A stretch of 58,615 nucleotides of DNA from Candidatus Omnitrophota bacterium (GTDB lineage Bacteria > Omnitrophota > Gorgyraeia > Gygaellales > Profunditerraquicolaceae): the NCBI GenBank assembly GCA_023227925.1, contig JALOCE010000002.1, positions 1 through 58,615 on the forward strand. The letters are read 5' to 3'. Numbering within the stretch: position 1 is the stretch's first letter; each line of letters begins with the position of its first letter. Positions 56,801 to 58,615 of the stretch are shown here, in pieces. Made by a program: the position numbers and the translations under genes. The notes under the pieces were generated by a model that saw only the letters and a program-made list of their open reading frames with translations, ran no database searches and was not told the origin of the DNA.

Positions 56801-58181
56801 CCGTTGCCGCGCGCGATGCTGCGGCGGCGCGAATCGTCTCTGCTGCGTCTGCCGCGGCAGGGGCTGGGTCGTCGAGATGCGCGATGCGAAAGTATGTGTC
56901 GGATGCACCCGCGCGCATAAAATCCGCAATGATGGACGCGCGATCGCGCGCGTATGGAAGCGCGAATCCGAGAAGGCGCGCGATTTCGAAGAGCGATTGC
57001 GCGCGCGGATCGGTGGGAACAACATCTATTTCCTCGCCCTGTGCGTTATCCGCGAAATCGCGGTCGTCGGCGTGCGGGGCCGTTGTCGCGTCGGGGCGCG
57101 CGAAATAATATTGCTGGAATAGGAGCCGCAGGTGGAGAAATATCTTCGCGTACGTCGCGGGCGGAGGAGTGGGAGCGATAGCGGGAGTAATAGCGGGAGC
57201 GGGAGCGACGCTATCGCTGGCCATCGAAATGATGCGCGGAAGATATGGTTCGCGCGGATCGAATGCAAACGCGGGCCGCTCTGGTTGTGCGCCGATGGTC
57301 GTAATCGCGAGCGCGCCCGGAATCACGCCGACCGCGAACGCGCTGGTCTGGCTCGGCGCGAAGGCGAGTTCCATTATTTCGACTGAGATATTGGGCGGAA
57401 TGACGGTCGCGATCGCATCGCGTTGCGTGCCCGCCATTGTTGCGATTATGCGCTGCGGGAACTGTATTCCGGTTGTTTCGCGCGCGCGCGGCTGCGTTGT
57501 CGCGGGCGCTCCTTGGCTTGTTGAGGATAACGGCACCGCGGTCGCGATGGTTATTGTCGGAATCGCGGTTATGCGCTTGGTGATGCGATGCGCGCGGACC
57601 GTTTTTCCTCGTATTATTTGCATCAGATTGCTCTTGCGCGCGCGCTCGGCGAACGTTTCAGTCGTGATCGGGCGGCAGCGCGGGACGATTATCGGCGCTG
57701 GGAACAACCGCGAATCCTGCGCGATAAGAATGAGTTGGCGCGCCATTATCTCGGGATTCGGGTGTCGCCGAAACGTCGCGCGCGTGATCGCGGCGTGATT
57801 CGCGAGCACAACGAAATGGCGCGCGAGCGCGCGATCGCCGTCAACATCGAGCATGAATAGGCGCTCTTTATCCGCGTCCGGTGCCGAATAGATATCCGTG
57901 AATTGGCGCGCGGTGTCGTATACCTCGATTATGCTTTCGTCCGCGCTCGTGGGTCTGTCGCGCGCCTGCGCACCGACATCGCGCGCAGGCACGATACCAG
58001 ATGATTTAGTGCGCGGTAACGCGTTACCGCGCCGGCGCGTATTTCCATTCGCGCGCGCGGGCGAAATTTGAAACGGCGCGAGATCCGGATATTCATCGCG
58101 CGCGAATTCATCCCCACCGCGCAGCACGCCACCTATTCTCTCTGCGAGCCGCGGCGCGTAGTCAAAACTGACGTCAGTCAT
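53757..58181 (-). CDS. large (1474 aa) protein with several CxxC zinc-ribbon-like pairs and an acidic tail; function unknown (possible large transcription-factor subunit)
   Basis: It is a long ORF of normal composition with KCALCS...CPH...YYCRICG, KKCAACG and CTKCG. ATG is preceded by AAATATATAGAAATCG... The VETF-L/A7/G1340L assignment is only a size- and context-based guess. Confidence 0.8.
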   Translation of the reverse strand: MTDVSFDYAPRLAERIGGVLRGGDEFARDEYPDLAPFQISPARANGNTRRRGNALPRTKSSGIVPARDVGAQARDRPTSADESIIEVYDTARQFTDIYSAPDADKERLFMLDVDGDRALARHFVVLANHAAITRATFRRHPNPEIMARQLILIAQDSRLFPAPIIVPRCRPITTETFAERARKSNLMQIIRGKTVRAHRITKRITAIPTITIATAVPLSSTSQGAPATTQPRARETTGIQFPQRIIATMAGTQRDAIATVIPPNISVEIMELAFAPSQTSAFAVGVIPGALAITTIGAQPERPAFAFDPREPYLPRIISMASDSVAPAPAITPAIAPTPPPATYAKIFLHLRLLFQQYYFARPDATTAPHADDRDFADNAQGEEIDVVPTDPRAQSLFEIARLLGFALPYARDRASIIADFMRAGASDTYFRIAHLDDPAPAAADAAETIRAAAASRAATVRAIADHRANMNRLEILASLIEDNFPRKIARSIARDPFGGMGPEIGNLVARGIRLRVASEHELFARLSPDERAFILASYAAFRRTAPARAHCEHMRAVATLARSTTARAIADALAVLSKILANAVSENPSAMIKCALCSQDAICPHTLDIANVIAQHGTRKNERDRIAQYIDRIPGRGLYYCRICGAQFEHALAVSDDVDRATSENKELADDILREINMISRFIRATRVTDQAAFARNVAQHIYPHIEMIEGRIAIAQTSLASELSARLRVYIAIYVFADAIVNAERMGIIFDGVTLPRDSDDKRARAILIKNAIDKIALVENVALNQIPGFTRDVIGARISAAIRELGTVAADMPFESPPRDYRAVAMYDPLIAIIHNACPGIFARQATAAPSLALARGVLPSLALARGVLPSLARNNKDPFDYEYAALAALPEKPSDPKNILAPLFARCSNARSGIVARLREIIEHRLFDYAIATTDRAITDIRARHSAENAAQRAAESVSIARAGRADGAATRVPEISIIRAHAPPFSSYNTPTRARTLGAVYDENGVAHVWNVLIFAPTVAPGPIIEVKFGSPEASDAFARADIAYIDKKCAACGILQSKTSALDDRAIRAAIDARAAMENFYQFYEARCPADGPHAFASSTDAIAPACTKCGYSSALARSYDRAYFDRHIAKFREHIASPAPITTIAGRRVSKRDEDIDTIARAIARQPWSLNYEILVDAAAVFGIERRDFQTLGAREGLTRDKLADESYVAPVPKSSVSARIFALRSYIFEIFALYNVIRGDLLRSGRRGAITRSVAQFADDLKREYASGGPAFDRAASELPPLGDIVAPIVRNLEPDGAGASAFASDIILARVILMFAEHYHDKTAKIVDFYLETLCRVLSALAQYKPRADGAAAAPSRPLTAVFARTFVAHLFARENITIRGDRFSLSVVEGTKLANDDFDIAASDPAAMLYDEYEDAGAEIVPADDDARDGETDPFSLDSFDLDHGDDDADDGPVVIRIGNDVGW
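55558..55627 (+). repeat. dispersed repeat, 2.3 x 30-nt units forward on + strand but ANTISENSE to the host gene (read as PSLALARGVLPSLALARGVLPSLA)
   Basis: AGTGATGGTAATACTCCGCGCGCAAGCGCG at 55558-55587 and 55588-55617. Confidence 0.95.
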
Positions 58182-58221
58182 TTATCTTAGAGGAAGCGAT
58201 TTCTATATATTTCGATTCAGT

Positions 58222-58615
58222 ATGTCCGCATCACAAGAACGCCCGCACGAGGGAGGTATATTGCGCTCGCGGAGAAGTTTGCGCGGCGCGGATGGCGGAG
58301 CGCGGCCCGCGATTGCGCCGCAACAGAACACATCGACGCTCGAGCGCGTTCTCGCCGAGGCGCGAGAAACGTTCGCGCAGAGGCCGCTATTATCGCGCGA
58401 TATTTCATCGTTCTTTGGTGATCGCGGGTTCGCGATCAAGATTGCGGGCGATGGTAATACTTCGCGCGCAAGCGTGAGTGGCGATAGCACTTCGCGCGCA
58501 AGCGTGAGTGGCGATAGCACTTCGCGCGCAAGCGTGAGTGGCGATAGCACTTCGCGCGCAAGCGTGAGTGGCGATAGCACTTCGCGCGCAAGCGTGAGTG
58601 GCGATAGCACTTCGC
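58222..58615 (+). CDS. repeat-array protein, 3'-partial (not in ORF track because no stop within window)
   Basis: ATG at 58222 is preceded by TCTATATATTTCGATTCAGT. My manual translation (MSASQERPHEGG...FAIKIAGDGNTSRASVSGDSTSRASV...) is open and in the sense frame of the repeat to the window edge. The track's minus ORF 58203..58610 is the antisense shadow. Confidence 0.55.
   Translation, partial: MSASQERPHEGGILRSRRSLRGADGGARPAIAPQQNTSTLERVLAEARETFAQRPLLSRDISSFFGDRGFAIKIAGDGNTSRASVSGDSTSRASVSGDSTSRASVSGDSTSRASVSGDSTSRASVSGDSTS
58447..58615 (+). repeat. tandem array of a 30-nt variant unit (AGTGGCGATAGCACTTCGCGCGCAAGCGTG, about 5.6 copies); runs off the right edge
   Basis: The first unit carries GATGGTAATACTTCG as in the dispersed copies. 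Later units (58477-58506, 58507-58536, 58537-58566, 58567-58596) are identical to each other. Confidence 0.97.

Noticed and set aside
58203-58610. Minus-strand ORF (LSPLTLAREV)n from the track
   Set aside because: It starts at a GTG inside the repeat and is the antisense shadow of the array. The + frame has an ATG at 58222 with a TATATAT island and reads the repeat in the usual sense frame.
1-58615. The whole window as a composite mobile element bounded by direct repeats
   Set aside because: The edge arrays are coding parts of two different genes, and the same unit is scattered internally. No transposase or integrase and no terminal inverted repeats were seen. The interior consists of core viral genes.

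Overview
By eye the window is well over 60% GC and saturated with GCGCGC/CGCGCG. It is densely packed coding DNA: about 48 genes on both strands, short spacers, no rRNA, tRNA or CRISPR seen.

Gene content indicates a nucleocytoplasmic large DNA virus (Nucleocytoviricota) with a poxvirus/asfarvirus-like expression and replication set:
- Transcription and RNA processing: RNA polymerase subunit 2, a TFIIB-like factor, a DEAH RNA helicase, a VP39/FtsJ-like cap 2'-O-methyltransferase, and NTase/poly(A)-polymerase-like proteins.
- Replication and nucleotide metabolism: an AEP-primase/UL9-like helicase fusion, thymidine kinase, dNMP kinase.
- DNA processing: an ERCC4 nuclease, a fused Mre11/SbcD-Rad50/SbcC protein, a UvrD-like helicase fused to a RecB-type nuclease, a TPD-motif nuclease.
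- Host interaction and other: Ser/Thr kinase, Skp1 homologue, RING protein, RS-rich SAP protein.
- Many orphan ORFs.

The exact lineage cannot be resolved from sequence alone.

The regulatory grammar is readable directly:
1. An A-run+TGAAT motif (AAAA[A/T]TGAAT) lies 30-55 nt upstream of a subset of genes, resembling pox/ASFV early promoters.
2. A TATA-like island (ATATA/TATATA) in otherwise GC-rich DNA lies 0-25 nt upstream of most ATGs. It is often shared by divergent gene pairs.
3. T5-T9 runs follow stop codons.

The most unusual feature is a dispersed 24/30-nt repeat family. Its core is AATACTYCGCGCGC and its sense peptide is SD(D/G)NT(P/S)RAS(V). It is embedded in frame in at least a dozen unrelated genes, including core replication and transcription genes, in both orientations but in only two reading frames. 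It forms long tandem arrays in the two genes that run off both window edges.

Many ORFs in the six-frame track are Arg/Ala-rich shadow ORFs caused by GC bias. Several track starts are GTG. Starts were re-picked at ATGs supported by the promoter motifs.
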